Source: an uncultured bacterium (lineage in GTDB: Bacteria; Margulisbacteria; WOR-1; CAVSGV01). Taken from it: DNA of 32,000 bases. The notes under the pieces are model-generated. The model was not told the DNA's origin. It worked only from the letters and a program-made list of their open reading frames with translations, and made no database searches. Where the stretch lies: positions 270,001-302,000 of the forward strand of contig OY969425.1 of assembly GCA_963699255.1 (NCBI GenBank). Direction: 5' to 3'. Of the stretch, positions 1 to 8,603 are shown one piece after another. The position numbers and the translations under genes are program-made. Every line of letters starts with the position of its first letter. Positions within the stretch are counted from its first letter, which is position 1.

Positions 1-196
1 GTGTAAGGATCGCTGTTGCCATGTTCGTAAGGTTGTTCCAGATAAATTCACCGGTATATCTGAAAAGCATATAGGAAGTGATCAAAAGAAGCGCGGTCGT
101 TATTTCCTTGCTTTTCGCGATCTGTCCCTTTTCCCTGGCCTCGTGCAGCCTGTGAGGGGTAGGTTCCTCGGATTTTTCTCCAGCTTCCTCAGCCAA
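1..196 (-). CDS. flhB: Flagellar export apparatus protein FlhB, N-terminal fragment (runs off window edge)
   Basis: Reverse-strand translation from TTG at 196 gives LAEEAGEKSEEPTPHRLHEAREKGQIAKSKEITTALLLITSYMLF... This matches the conserved FlhB N-terminal motif (E-PTP-RL-EAR-GQ-KS-E). It lies 4 nt downstream of the fliR stop, the canonical fliPQR-flhB order. It is absent from the ORF track because it is open-ended. Confidence 0.75.
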   Translation of the reverse strand, partial: MAEEAGEKSEEPTPHRLHEAREKGQIAKSKEITTALLLITSYMLFRYTGEFIWNNLTNMATAILT

Positions 197-199
197 GCG

Positions 200-976
200 T
201 TACCTCCCGGAGAGCAGAACCAGTGTTCTTGCGATCTGGTTGCTCGTTTCTCCGATCAAATTCACCATATGCCCGATCAATAATGGGGACAGCAACATCA
301 GTCCGAAAAGCCCAAGAGACGGCTTTACCTGGAATCCCAGCATGAAAACGTTCACCTGGGGTGCTACCCTGGAAACTATCCCGAAAGAAAAATCAGAAAG
401 GAATATAAGAAGAAGCATCGGAGCGCAAAGCTGTATGGTGGTTATCCAGAACCAGGTAAGAAGACTAAGGATCTGAAAAAGCAGGTCCGGTTTTGTGAGG
501 TCTATGAAGCTTATGATGGGGATCGCGACAAAGCTCTGATATATGGCGGATAATACAAGATGGTGCCCATTCACTATCAAAAAAACCACCAGCGCTATCA
601 TATACATGAATGTGCCTGTTATGGATGATGCTGCCCCGGACGTGGGGGATAGGACATTTGCGACCGAGAGGCCCATCTGCATATCAAGTATATCTCCAGC
701 TGCCTGGGCGGCCTGAAGGACTATCGAAGCCACGAAACCAATAATATATCCAATTAAAACCTCGACAAATAACGCGAGGACAAAAGTCACAAGGGAATCA
801 GGAAGCATTCTGACCGGGACAACGAACCACATTATTGCTGAGAGCCAGATAGCCAGGCATGTTTTTACCATCATTGGTATGGATTTTGCGCTGAATACGG
901 GAGCGTCAATGAAAAGTCCGGCGACCCGCGCAAGGATCAGGAGAAAGATCTCAATTTGAGGGAGTGATATGACCAT
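200..976 (-). CDS. fliR: Flagellar biosynthesis protein FliR (export gate)
   Basis: 258-aa polytopic membrane protein directly after fliQ. Hydrophobic multi-TM pattern and size are typical of FliR, and the operon context is fliP-fliQ-fliR-flhB. Confidence 0.9.
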   Translation of the reverse strand: MVISLPQIEIFLLILARVAGLFIDAPVFSAKSIPMMVKTCLAIWLSAIMWFVVPVRMLPDSLVTFVLALFVEVLIGYIIGFVASIVLQAAQAAGDILDMQMGLSVANVLSPTSGAASSITGTFMYMIALVVFLIVNGHHLVLSAIYQSFVAIPIISFIDLTKPDLLFQILSLLTWFWITTIQLCAPMLLLIFLSDFSFGIVSRVAPQVNVFMLGFQVKPSLGLFGLMLLSPLLIGHMVNLIGETSNQIARTLVLLSGR

Positions 977-977
977 T

Positions 978-1247
978 TTACCTTACCATTAACGGTATGT
1001 TCGACCAGAGAGTGACCGTAAAATCTATCAGGAGAGAAGCGATCCACGGCGCTGTCATGGCCACTATTCCCAGGACCGCGACAACTTTTGGCACGAAGGT
1101 GAGAGTTTGTTCCTGTATCTGCGTTACCGCCTGGAAAAGACTGATGGCAAAGCCAACTATCAATCCGATCCCAACGGCTGGCATTGAGATCAGCAGCGTC
1201 AATATCACACCATTATAAATTATCTGAACAGCAAAATCAGTGCTCAT
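978..1247 (-). CDS. fliQ: Flagellar biosynthesis protein FliQ
   Basis: 89-aa two-TM protein with the FliQ-like central motif (AISLFQAVTQIQEQTLTFVPK). It overlaps the fliP stop by 4 nt. Confidence 0.9.
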   Translation of the reverse strand: MSTDFAVQIIYNGVILTLLISMPAVGIGLIVGFAISLFQAVTQIQEQTLTFVPKVVAVLGIVAMTAPWIASLLIDFTVTLWSNIPLMVR

Positions 1248-2005
1248 CTAAAGCTCATCAGCAATCCTTTTGTTATTAAATTCCATCCGTCTGAGAGCAC
1301 AAAAAGCAGTATCTTGAACGGCAGTGAGACCATGACGGGAGAGAGCATGAACATGCCCAGCGACAGGAGAATGTTCGATACGACAAGATCTATTATCACG
1401 AACGGGATGAACAGCAAAAAACCTATTTGAAAGGCGGTCTTTAGTTCCGATATCATAAATGCCGGGATAACGACATAGACAGGGATCTCGTTAACGGTTT
1501 TTGGAACCGGGATCTTTGCGAATTGCACAAAAAGCGCAAGATCGGCCGGCCTTGTTTGTCTTAACATGAATTGCTGGAAAGGCTTCATTCCTATTTCAAA
1601 GGCCTTCATCTGGGTGATCTGCCCTTTGTTATAGGGGACGATCGCGGTTTTGTTCACGGCTTCAAAGGTCGGAGCCATCGTATATATCGTCATGAACAGA
1701 GCAAGCCCTATAAGGATGGAATTGGGCGGGACCTGAGCAGTGCCGATCGCGGACCTTATCATTGATAATACTATGATGATCCTTAAGAAGGAAGTGATCG
1801 ACATAAGCAGGAATGGCAGTATCGAAATAACGGATATTGCCAGCAAGAGCTGGATGCTGTTGCTGAACGCCTGGGAGTTCATGACAGTTCCTATGTCCAG
1901 GTTGATCGGCCTTGGTGCGGCATAGGCAGAATCGATGGAAATCAAAAGCATGAAAACAGGGAAAAGTAACAGTGATCTTTTTGATATAAGCTTAAGAATG
2001 TTCAA
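1244..2005 (-). CDS. fliP: Flagellar biosynthesis protein FliP
   Basis: 253 aa with a signal-like N-terminus. Conserved FliP blocks are present (TSFLRIIIVLSMIRSAIGT, PPNSILIGLALFMT, GFLLFIPFVIIDLVVSNILLSLGM). Confidence 0.95.
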   Translation of the reverse strand: MNILKLISKRSLLLFPVFMLLISIDSAYAAPRPINLDIGTVMNSQAFSNSIQLLLAISVISILPFLLMSITSFLRIIIVLSMIRSAIGTAQVPPNSILIGLALFMTIYTMAPTFEAVNKTAIVPYNKGQITQMKAFEIGMKPFQQFMLRQTRPADLALFVQFAKIPVPKTVNEIPVYVVIPAFMISELKTAFQIGFLLFIPFVIIDLVVSNILLSLGMFMLSPVMVSLPFKILLFVLSDGWNLITKGLLMSFR

Positions 2006-2304
2006 GACCCGCTTTCTAGTTTGTCCAGTAAAGTCACGCCTTTATTGCTTACAACGATCAAATACGATTTATCGTGGGCTGATATTATGTATGCGGAAAC
2101 CTGGGGTTCTATGCCTATTCTGTCCAGTATCTGTATCGTTTGTCCGTGGGACGGAAGCTGCAGTTTCGGAAAAATGTATTTGGCGGAAAAATATATAAGT
2201 CCGATGACGACGGCCAGGGATATGATGAGCTGGAAGATATAACCTGCGGTGATAAGAGGCGATCCTGCCGGCAGTACTTCTGGGGAAACAAGAATCTCAA
2301 ACAT
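2002..2304 (-). CDS. fliO: Flagellar protein FliO/FliZ
   Basis: 100-aa single-TM protein between fliN and fliP, overlapping fliP by 4 nt. The C-terminal ILDRIGIEP-VSAYII...YLIVVS pattern fits FliO. Confidence 0.7.
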   Translation of the reverse strand: MFEILVSPEVLPAGSPLITAGYIFQLIISLAVVIGLIYFSAKYIFPKLQLPSHGQTIQILDRIGIEPQVSAYIISAHDKSYLIVVSNKGVTLLDKLESGS

Positions 2305-2348
2305 TTTGTACCTTTCTAATTACCATGAAAGAAGCTCTGCAAGCTTCA

Positions 2349-2657
2349 TTATTTATTTATAAGGACATTCGTTATTTTGAGCCCGTAATAATCGTCGATC
2401 GCGATGACCTCTCCCTGCGCGACAAGCTGGCCGCTTACCTTTAGATCAAGGGGTTCTCCCGCCAATCTGTCAAGTTCCACTATGGAACCTTCCTTCAGGT
2501 CCAGGATATCTTTTAAGCTCATATGTGTGCGGCCCAGTTCCACGCTTACCTCAACGGCAATATCTCCCAGCGTCCTGTCCTGGAATTTGCTTCCCTGATC
2601 CACTTCGGGCAATTCCGGGAACTGAATTTTTTTTAGATCCATTTGATCCCCTCCCAA
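2349..2657 (-). CDS. fliN: Flagellar motor switch protein FliN
   Basis: 102 aa with a SpoA-type C-ring domain (VEVSVELGRTHMSLKDILDLKEGSIVELDRLAGEPLDLKVSGQLVAQGEVIAIDDYYGLKI). Confidence 0.88.
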   Translation of the reverse strand: MGGDQMDLKKIQFPELPEVDQGSKFQDRTLGDIAVEVSVELGRTHMSLKDILDLKEGSIVELDRLAGEPLDLKVSGQLVAQGEVIAIDDYYGLKITNVLINK

Positions 2658-2663
2658 TCTTGC

Positions 2664-3800
2664 TCAGGGCTCAGGTTTTTCATTTTCATCTTCAAATAAT
2701 CCTTCAGTGCCTTCATTATACTCCTCTTTTTCTTCCACTTCCAGAGGCAACTCAATATCCTCTTCCTCTTTTGACGGCGCACTCATCTCTTCCGTTGCTT
2801 TGACCGCTTCTTTTTCAAACATGATCGCCGGAGAGTTTTTTATCTTTTTGACGCTGCCGCCCAGGATCCTTGCCGCGAGGTGGTTGTTTTTTGTTCCGGG
2901 TTGAGCTTTTAACTCGGAAACATATCCAATGGCCAACTTGATCGGGGTGTTTAATTTCCGATCAAGGGAGATCACATCTTCGATCTCGATGTTGGTCAGT
3001 TCTTTAGCGGCGATATTTGTTGTGCCGAGCTGCGCGACAACAGGGATTTCAATTGAATTGAGAAGCTCTTCTGCCAACGAAGAGAAGTTGAGCGGCGCCT
3101 TTTCTTCCTTTTTTGACAGCATATCGTTCAGTTTTTTAAGCGTGCTGTTCTGATAAACGAACGTGAAAGTCGTGGGCGCCGAGTTGGCGATCGAGACCTG
3201 TGTTGTCACCATTGCGATTATCTCGTTCAGATTGATATGTGTTTCCCTCTGAATGTTCGGATAGCCGATGAGCTCGAGGCTCGGCGTCTCAAAGATGTTT
3301 TTCCAGCTGCCCGCGTATTTGTTCAGGACATTGCCAAAAACCGATTGGATTATTGATTCTTCAAGCTCGGTCATCTCCCTTATTTTTGTGTCAACGGACT
3401 GGCAGCCGAGAGAGAAATTTATAACAAGATTCGCCAGCTGGTAATCGATCAGGAAGGTCACTTCGCCGACGCCCTTTATGGACAGCTTGTTGTTGATCTG
3501 CCCCCCGGTCATGCGTTTTAAGAAATCAAGATAGGTGAGCTGCTCGATCGATACACTGAAAATATCCGTGCTGGCTTTAATGGCTTCTTTTAGATATGCG
3601 GAGAATGCACATGCGAAAAAATAATGGGCCTTAAGCGTTTTTTCAAGTTCATCCCTGGAGACCCTGTGAAAACCGTAAACCAGCGGTTTTATTTTTTTCA
3701 CTCTTTCCCTGGTCGGTTTATAGGCTGTCCAGTCCCCGAAAGACGCCGGGAACTTTATTTCTTTTTTGAAGAGCGCGGAAGAATCCTGCTTATCTGCCAA
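2664..3800 (-). CDS. fliM: Flagellar motor switch protein FliM (atypical termini)
   Basis: 378 aa with FliM middle-domain pattern (SVSIEQLTYLDFLKRM, ESIIQSVF) and a C-terminal SpoA-like segment, positioned flgE-fliM-fliN. The N-terminus lacks the LSQxEIDALL CheY-P docking peptide. The C-terminus carries an acidic tail of about 45 aa. Confidence 0.8.
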   Translation of the reverse strand: MADKQDSSALFKKEIKFPASFGDWTAYKPTRERVKKIKPLVYGFHRVSRDELEKTLKAHYFFACAFSAYLKEAIKASTDIFSVSIEQLTYLDFLKRMTGGQINNKLSIKGVGEVTFLIDYQLANLVINFSLGCQSVDTKIREMTELEESIIQSVFGNVLNKYAGSWKNIFETPSLELIGYPNIQRETHINLNEIIAMVTTQVSIANSAPTTFTFVYQNSTLKKLNDMLSKKEEKAPLNFSSLAEELLNSIEIPVVAQLGTTNIAAKELTNIEIEDVISLDRKLNTPIKLAIGYVSELKAQPGTKNNHLAARILGGSVKKIKNSPAIMFEKEAVKATEEMSAPSKEEEDIELPLEVEEKEEYNEGTEGLFEDENEKPEP

Positions 3801-3819
3801 AAGAGTTCCTTTCCATTAA

Positions 3820-4659
3820 TTAAGAGATTCTATTTATGAAATTGGTGATCTCGTCGCTTATCATCCTCAGGATCGTAAGGTTCCCGCTCATTGCCCTTTG
3901 AGCTTCCATTGAATCTATTACTTCACCGGTATAAAAGACGTTCGATTGCTCATAGTTCCTTGGTGCGATGGTCCCATATGTGTCACCTGCGGATTTGTAG
4001 GCCTGGGGTTCACCCGATGCGGGTGTTTCTGCATAAGCATTTCCCGCGGCCTGTGCAAGTCCCGATAGATTCGTGAAAGAGGTAAGCGCTATGTTGTAGC
4101 CGGTATATTTGTTGACGGATGAGTAATCAACCGTTACTCCATCTGCTTTCAAGTTAAATTCAGCGAGCTGGCCGTCGTTCGTCCAGCTGAGCCGATCCGT
4201 GTTGTAAGCCGAAAGCCCGGTTATTGGCACCAGAAGTCCGCCGCTAAAGCCGTAAACCTGCATTCCGTTATCTGTTGTAAGGTTCCCTGAGGAATCGATC
4301 GAAAATTGTCCTGCTCTTGTGTAGAGCTTTGTGGTCCCATCGTCCGGAGAAACAACAAAAAGGCCTGAACCGTTAACGGCCAGGTCCAGGGGTTGGCCTT
4401 CTGTTACACTTCCCTGGCTGAAGTCCAGGCTGGTACTTCCAATCCCAACAGAAGGGCCAAGCTGGATCGGATTTGTCCCGCCGGTATCGGCTCCCGCGGC
4501 TGTTCCCTGGTTGATCAGCTTTTCATAGATCGTTTGAAAGGAAATTTTCATTGATTTATATCCCGGAACGGACATGTTCGCTATATTCGATGAATTTATC
4601 TGAAGCTGAGTGTTATAGGCCTCTATCGCATTCTTTGCTTTGGTCATTAAGTCTAACAT
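3820..4659 (-). CDS. flgE: Flagellar hook protein FlgE (short form)
   Basis: 279 aa. The N-terminal rod/hook motif is present (NSSNIANMSVPGYK), as are LDLAVNGSGLFVV and YTRAGQFSIDSSGNLTT blocks. The C-terminal YEQSNV...EAQRAMSGN helix is also present. It follows flgD as in Bacillus-type operons. Confidence 0.78.
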   Translation of the reverse strand: MLDLMTKAKNAIEAYNTQLQINSSNIANMSVPGYKSMKISFQTIYEKLINQGTAAGADTGGTNPIQLGPSVGIGSTSLDFSQGSVTEGQPLDLAVNGSGLFVVSPDDGTTKLYTRAGQFSIDSSGNLTTDNGMQVYGFSGGLLVPITGLSAYNTDRLSWTNDGQLAEFNLKADGVTVDYSSVNKYTGYNIALTSFTNLSGLAQAAGNAYAETPASGEPQAYKSAGDTYGTIAPRNYEQSNVFYTGEVIDSMEAQRAMSGNLTILRMISDEITNFINRIS

Positions 4660-4678
4660 TTTACATCATCCTCCTTTT

Positions 4679-4705
4679 GTCCGCCTTAGCCCGCCTTAGG
4701 CGGAC
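4679..4705 (-). promoter_or_regulatory. Stem-loop with internal direct repeat in the flgD-flgE intergenic region
   Basis: The sequence is GTCCGCCTTAGCCCGCCTTAGGCGGAC. GTCCGCC pairs with GGCGGAC, and CCGCCTTAG is directly repeated. It sits between the flgD stop (4717) and the flgE start (4659). Confidence 0.35.
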
Positions 4706-4716
4706 TTGGGCGTGAC

Positions 4717-5214
4717 TTATTGGATCTTTAATATGTTCGCTGTTGGGATCATAGCGCCTCCGATATTAAGGACCACCTGACCATTCTGAAGCTGAACACT
4801 TGTTACTTTTCCCGTTATCTGTTTGTTGGTCGTAGGTTGCGTTGCGGTTATGGTCTTGCCTATAAGACTGCTGTACACGCTCATTTGATACTGCGGCGAT
4901 ATTCCCGAGTAATCAGCGGTCTGTCCGAGAACATTAAAATTGCTTGAGGGGGAAGAGGTTGCGTTGAAAATGTCAATGTTCCCGGTGCTGGATGAACCAG
5001 TGGTGTCTTCGCTGCCAAAGAGTATCGAGTTGACGTTATTATTGTACATCTGGCTGAGCAGCATACTTGCGAATTTCGGATCTATGTTCCCGCTCATGAG
5101 CATGGAGGTTAATTGACTGTTGTCTGAAAGAGTATTCTGTTGCAGATCAACATTGTTAACATTAGTATTCCCTGTCCCGGAACTTGATATTGCTGATACT
5201 GCTTCGTTTGCCAT
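4717..5214 (-). CDS. flgD: Flagellar hook capping/assembly protein FlgD
   Basis: 165 aa with a Ser/Asn-rich N-terminal region. A C-terminal FlgD-like block is present (LIGKTITAT...ITGKVTSVQLQNGQVVLNIGG). It lies between fliK and flgE. Confidence 0.75.
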   Translation of the reverse strand: MANEAVSAISSSGTGNTNVNNVDLQQNTLSDNSQLTSMLMSGNIDPKFASMLLSQMYNNNVNSILFGSEDTTGSSSTGNIDIFNATSSPSSNFNVLGQTADYSGISPQYQMSVYSSLIGKTITATQPTTNKQITGKVTSVQLQNGQVVLNIGGAMIPTANILKIQ

Positions 5215-5245
5215 ATATCCCTCCTAATGATTATTTTACCTTAAA

Positions 5246-6010
5246 TCAGCTGGTTTCGCCCTTGTTGTGTTCTCTTCTATCGTCAGAAAGAACGTTCAAG
5301 TTCTCTATGTTGAGGTTGGATTGTTCAAGCGATCTCTTAAGTTCCGCGATATTTTCTTCAAGGACCTGTTTGGCTGCCTGGTCCGCATAAATATTTATTG
5401 AAAGGATGCCTTTATTGCTTGATACGCTCATAAGTATCGTTCCCAGGTTCTCGGGCTTGAGTTCTATCGAAAGTTTGCTTCCCCCGTTTTCCACCAAGAG
5501 TTTGATCTTGTTCTTTATCTGCGCGATCAGATCATCGACATCGATGCTTCTCAGGGAGTCGACCCTGTTCTTTGCTTTGATCACGGCATTATATAGATCA
5601 GCGGACAGCTCGATTTCACCCTCGTATATTTTGTTTATGGCATTTGCCGTGGACTTGATCTGCTCGGCTTTTGTTTCTTTTGTTGTTTCCGCGGCTTTAA
5701 CGGATTGTTCCTGGTTTTGTTCTTTAATGCTTTGCTTGTCGCCGGTCCTGCTTGTTTCAATTGAATTCTGGCGGTAAGAGTTGGTCGCCCCAAGATAGCT
5801 CTCGATCTTGCCTGTGGCTTTGTCCGTTTCAGGGCTGGAAGAGAGGGGGGTGTTGAATAAGGATTGGAAATTCATGGGGATCATTGACGATAAAAGAACT
5901 TTACGCTTTTCCTGTTCGAGCATTTTGGAAAAATTATCGTCACTACGCTGAATATTACTTGGTTCAGGCGTTTTAAGTGTCTCGTTAGTTATTGCTAAAA
6001 CCTGAGACAA
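5246..6010 (-). CDS. fliK: Flagellar hook-length control protein FliK (short)
   Basis: 254 aa with a TTG start preceded by GGGAGGAG. The C-terminal FliK domain pattern is present (LSIELKPENLGTILMSVSSNKGILSINIYADQAAKQVLEENIAELKRSLEQSNL). It sits upstream of flgD. Confidence 0.68.
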   Translation of the reverse strand: MSQVLAITNETLKTPEPSNIQRSDDNFSKMLEQEKRKVLLSSMIPMNFQSLFNTPLSSSPETDKATGKIESYLGATNSYRQNSIETSRTGDKQSIKEQNQEQSVKAAETTKETKAEQIKSTANAINKIYEGEIELSADLYNAVIKAKNRVDSLRSIDVDDLIAQIKNKIKLLVENGGSKLSIELKPENLGTILMSVSSNKGILSINIYADQAAKQVLEENIAELKRSLEQSNLNIENLNVLSDDRREHNKGETS

Positions 6011-6126
6011 TCTTTTACTTTTCTCCTCCCTGTCCCGAAGAGTTTCGGGGCGTTCTATCTATCGTACCGAGGAGCCAAAACCTTGCATTTTGACAAGACT
6101 TCGACGAGCTCAGTCGAGTCGTTCAA

Positions 6127-6208
6127 TGCCGCGGAGAGGACTCGAACCTCCAAGCCTTTCGGCATACGCCCCTCAAACGTACGTGTCTACCAATTCCACC
6201 ACCGCGGC
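6127..6208 (-). tRNA. tRNA-Leu (anticodon GAG), type II with long variable arm
   Basis: I folded the 82-nt sequence by hand into a full cloverleaf.
- Acceptor: GCCGCGG/CCGCGGC.
- D arm: GTG-GAATTGGTAGA-CAC.
- Anticodon stem: TACGT/GCGTA, with loop TTGAGGG.
- Variable arm: 13 nt.
- T arm: GGAGG-TTCGAGT-CCTCT.
- Discriminator: A.
No CCA is encoded. Confidence 0.88.
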
Positions 6209-6241
6209 ACTTCTACAGTGCCAAGCGCACACATCTGACAT

Positions 6242-6270
6242 ATTTTATATTTAATCTGTGCCGCTGTCAA
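6242..6270 (-). promoter_or_regulatory. Sigma70-type promoter for tRNA-Leu
   Basis: On the minus strand: TTGACA (6265-6270), a 17-nt spacer, then TAAAAT (6242-6247). It lies about 34 nt upstream of the mature tRNA 5' end, in the gap after the EamA stop. Confidence 0.55.
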
Positions 6271-6275
6271 ACAAT

Positions 6276-7133
6276 CTATTTGGCCTGTTCGTATTGCTCT
6301 TTTAAGCTGAAAAAAGTCGCGCTCACGAATATCAGGATGGCGCCAATGATCATATTTAACGTCAAATAATCGTGAAAAATGAATATGCCAAGCATCATCG
6401 TTATGACGACACTGCTCATGGAAATAACGCCGCCAAGTGCTGTAGAGCATAATTTGAAAGCGTATGTCTGGAAAAGCTGGCCTGCCGTTCCGAGAAACCC
6501 GATCATAAGCAGGATGATGAGCGTGGAAGCGCCGGGCAGGACAACGTTCCCTTTAAGGGAGAACATGGAGAATATCGTGCCGAAGAACACAAACGAGAGC
6601 ACTATCATCCATGAACTTTCGGTCTTTCTCAATTCCCTTATCGATACGAGAGCGATTCCGGAGGTTATACCCGAGATGAGGGCCAGGAGGTCGCCTATGT
6701 TCAGCAAGGTGTAATCAAACTGAAAAATCAGGAACATTCCAAGGAACGCGCAAACGATAAATGATGCCATTTCCTTTGTCAACTTTTCCTTAAGATATAT
6801 GTTGGAAAAGATCGATGCGAAAATAGGGGAGGTGTAGGAAAGAAGCACGGCATTTGAAACGCTTGTCAGGGTTATCGCGTTAAAATACAGCACAAGAGAT
6901 ATCCCTCCCATTATTCCCCTGAACGCGGCTTTTCCTTTCTCTTTTATCATGAATTTCACTTTTTTCATCGCTATCATTCCAATGATTATCGCGATGCTGA
7001 TGATGGCCCTGAAAAATATTATTTCGGCGGCGGGAACGGAGGAACTGAGCGCTTTCACCATCACCGCCATAATGCTGAAAAGTACGGCGGAGTAGAACAT
7101 CATAAGTGGTCCGGAGATAAGTGATCGTGGCAT
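6276..7133 (-). CDS. EamA/DMT-family (drug/metabolite transporter) permease
   Basis: 285 aa with about 10 predicted TM segments arranged as two EamA-like halves. The start is 1 nt after the murF stop, which suggests translational coupling. Confidence 0.8.
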   Translation of the reverse strand: MPRSLISGPLMMFYSAVLFSIMAVMVKALSSSVPAAEIIFFRAIISIAIIIGMIAMKKVKFMIKEKGKAAFRGIMGGISLVLYFNAITLTSVSNAVLLSYTSPIFASIFSNIYLKEKLTKEMASFIVCAFLGMFLIFQFDYTLLNIGDLLALISGITSGIALVSIRELRKTESSWMIVLSFVFFGTIFSMFSLKGNVVLPGASTLIILLMIGFLGTAGQLFQTYAFKLCSTALGGVISMSSVVITMMLGIFIFHDYLTLNMIIGAILIFVSATFFSLKEQYEQAK

Positions 7134-7134
7134 G

Positions 7135-8484
7135 TTATTTTGTCAATCCATCAACGATGTTTTCCATGTGCATCCCGCGGGAGCCTTTTATCAGGATGGT
7201 GTCGCTGGGTTTAATAATCTTTTTTAATATTTTGACGGCTTCATTATTCGTTTTTGTCGAATAAATGTTCTTAAGGCCGCATGATCCCGCGCTTTTCGCC
7301 GCGTATCTGCTCAGATCTCCAACGGTTACCAGTGCCTCGATGTTCAGATTTGCGGCGAGCCTGCCGATGTTTTCATGGCTTTTTCGGGCAATACGCCCCA
7401 GCTCGAGCATATCTCCCAGAACCGCGATGCGCCTTGGTGGGTGATTTTCAAGAACGCTTAGAGACGCGGCCATTGAATCCGGATTCGCGTTGTATGTGTC
7501 GTCTATGATCTTAACGTCCTTAAAGTGAATTATGTTCAGACGCTTGCTCGAAAGCTTGAGATCCTCAAGCCCTTTCTTTATGTGGGACGGTTTGATGTCA
7601 GCGGCATAAGCTGACGCGGCGGCGGCCAGCGCGTCATATATGTTGTGTTTTCCCGGGAGGGGAAGATCTATCGCGATCTTGAAAGCTCTTGTTTCAATGA
7701 CAAATGACGAGCTGTCCGCCTGAAATCTGATGTTCTTTGCCGAGACATCTGCCGGAGAGTCGATCCCGAAGGAGATCGTTCTTCCCTTCGCTTTCTTTTT
7801 TAGATAGCTGAAGAATTTATCGTCCGCCGGCAATACCGCGATATCTTTCTTTTTCTGGAATTCCAGTATTTCACTCTTGGCTTTTGCCGTGTTCCCTTCG
7901 GACTTGAGACGCTCCATGTGAGCGCTGCCGATGTTCGTTATGACGGCGATCTGGGGCCGGACGATCCATGCGAGCTCTTTGATCTCGCCGGGACCCTGCA
8001 TGGCCATTTCTATCACGGCATATTTATGGGTCTTGTTCAAAGTTAACAGGGTCTTCGGGACGCCGATCTCGTTATTATAATTTTCCTCTGTTTTTAAGGT
8101 CTTGCCCGCGCGGCAGAGGATGGAGGCGAGCATGTCCTTGGTGGTGGTCTTGCCGGAACTTCCGGTTATGCCGATGAATGGGATCCTGTATCTTTCTTTA
8201 TATGCTCTGGCGATCTGATGAAAAGCCCGAAGGGTATCTTTGACAAAGACAATGGTCATATTTTCAAGCGGGATTGTTTTTTTAGATGTCAGCACGCCGG
8301 AAGCTCCGTTTTTCAGCGCGGAAGAAATGAATTTATGGCCGTCAAATCTTGTCCCAATAATTGGGATAAAAAGACAGCTTTTTTTTATCTGCCTGCTGTC
8401 TGTTGAAATGCCGGAAAAGCTCAAAGCATGGCATTTCTTCAAAGTACCGCCTGTCGCGGACAGGACCTCTTTCAGTATGATCAT
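7135..8484 (-). CDS. murF: UDP-N-acetylmuramoyl-tripeptide--D-alanyl-D-alanine ligase MurF
   Basis: 449 aa. The Mur ligase P-loop is present (GITGSSGKTTTKDML), as are the N-terminal GISTDSRQI..LFIPIIG motif, DDTYNANPDSM, and the KGSRGMHME C-terminus. Confidence 0.93.
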   Translation of the reverse strand: MIILKEVLSATGGTLKKCHALSFSGISTDSRQIKKSCLFIPIIGTRFDGHKFISSALKNGASGVLTSKKTIPLENMTIVFVKDTLRAFHQIARAYKERYRIPFIGITGSSGKTTTKDMLASILCRAGKTLKTEENYNNEIGVPKTLLTLNKTHKYAVIEMAMQGPGEIKELAWIVRPQIAVITNIGSAHMERLKSEGNTAKAKSEILEFQKKKDIAVLPADDKFFSYLKKKAKGRTISFGIDSPADVSAKNIRFQADSSSFVIETRAFKIAIDLPLPGKHNIYDALAAAASAYAADIKPSHIKKGLEDLKLSSKRLNIIHFKDVKIIDDTYNANPDSMAASLSVLENHPPRRIAVLGDMLELGRIARKSHENIGRLAANLNIEALVTVGDLSRYAAKSAGSCGLKNIYSTKTNNEAVKILKKIIKPSDTILIKGSRGMHMENIVDGLTK

Positions 8485-8491
8485 TTGGAAT

Positions 8492-8500
8492 ATTATAGCA
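8492..8500 (-). promoter_or_regulatory. Extended -10 promoter element (TGCTATAAT) immediately upstream of murF; implies leaderless mRNA
   Basis: The minus strand reads TGCTATAAT-attccaa-ATG. Only 7 nt separate the -10 hexamer from the murF ATG, and no Shine-Dalgarno sequence is present. Confidence 0.4.
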
Positions 8501-8603
8501 ATTTTTCAGGAAAACTGAAATTTCCACTATTTCGTGCGATATATGAGAAGGTCGAAAATACCGGAAAAACCACACATATATTAAGTGAATTAAACCTGTT
8601 CTT

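Noticed and set aside
6051-6126. Sigma28 (TAAA-N15-GCCGATAA) or sigma70 promoter for fliK between the tRNA and fliK
   Set aside because: The best candidates are tacgatag for the sigma28 -10 element, and TTGTCA with a 24-nt spacer for sigma70. Both match poorly, so I report no promoter there.
6187-6450. 87-aa minus-strand ORF overlapping the tRNA-Leu and the 3' end of the EamA gene
   Set aside because: It overlaps a well-folded tRNA and its promoter, and a better-supported transporter gene in another frame.
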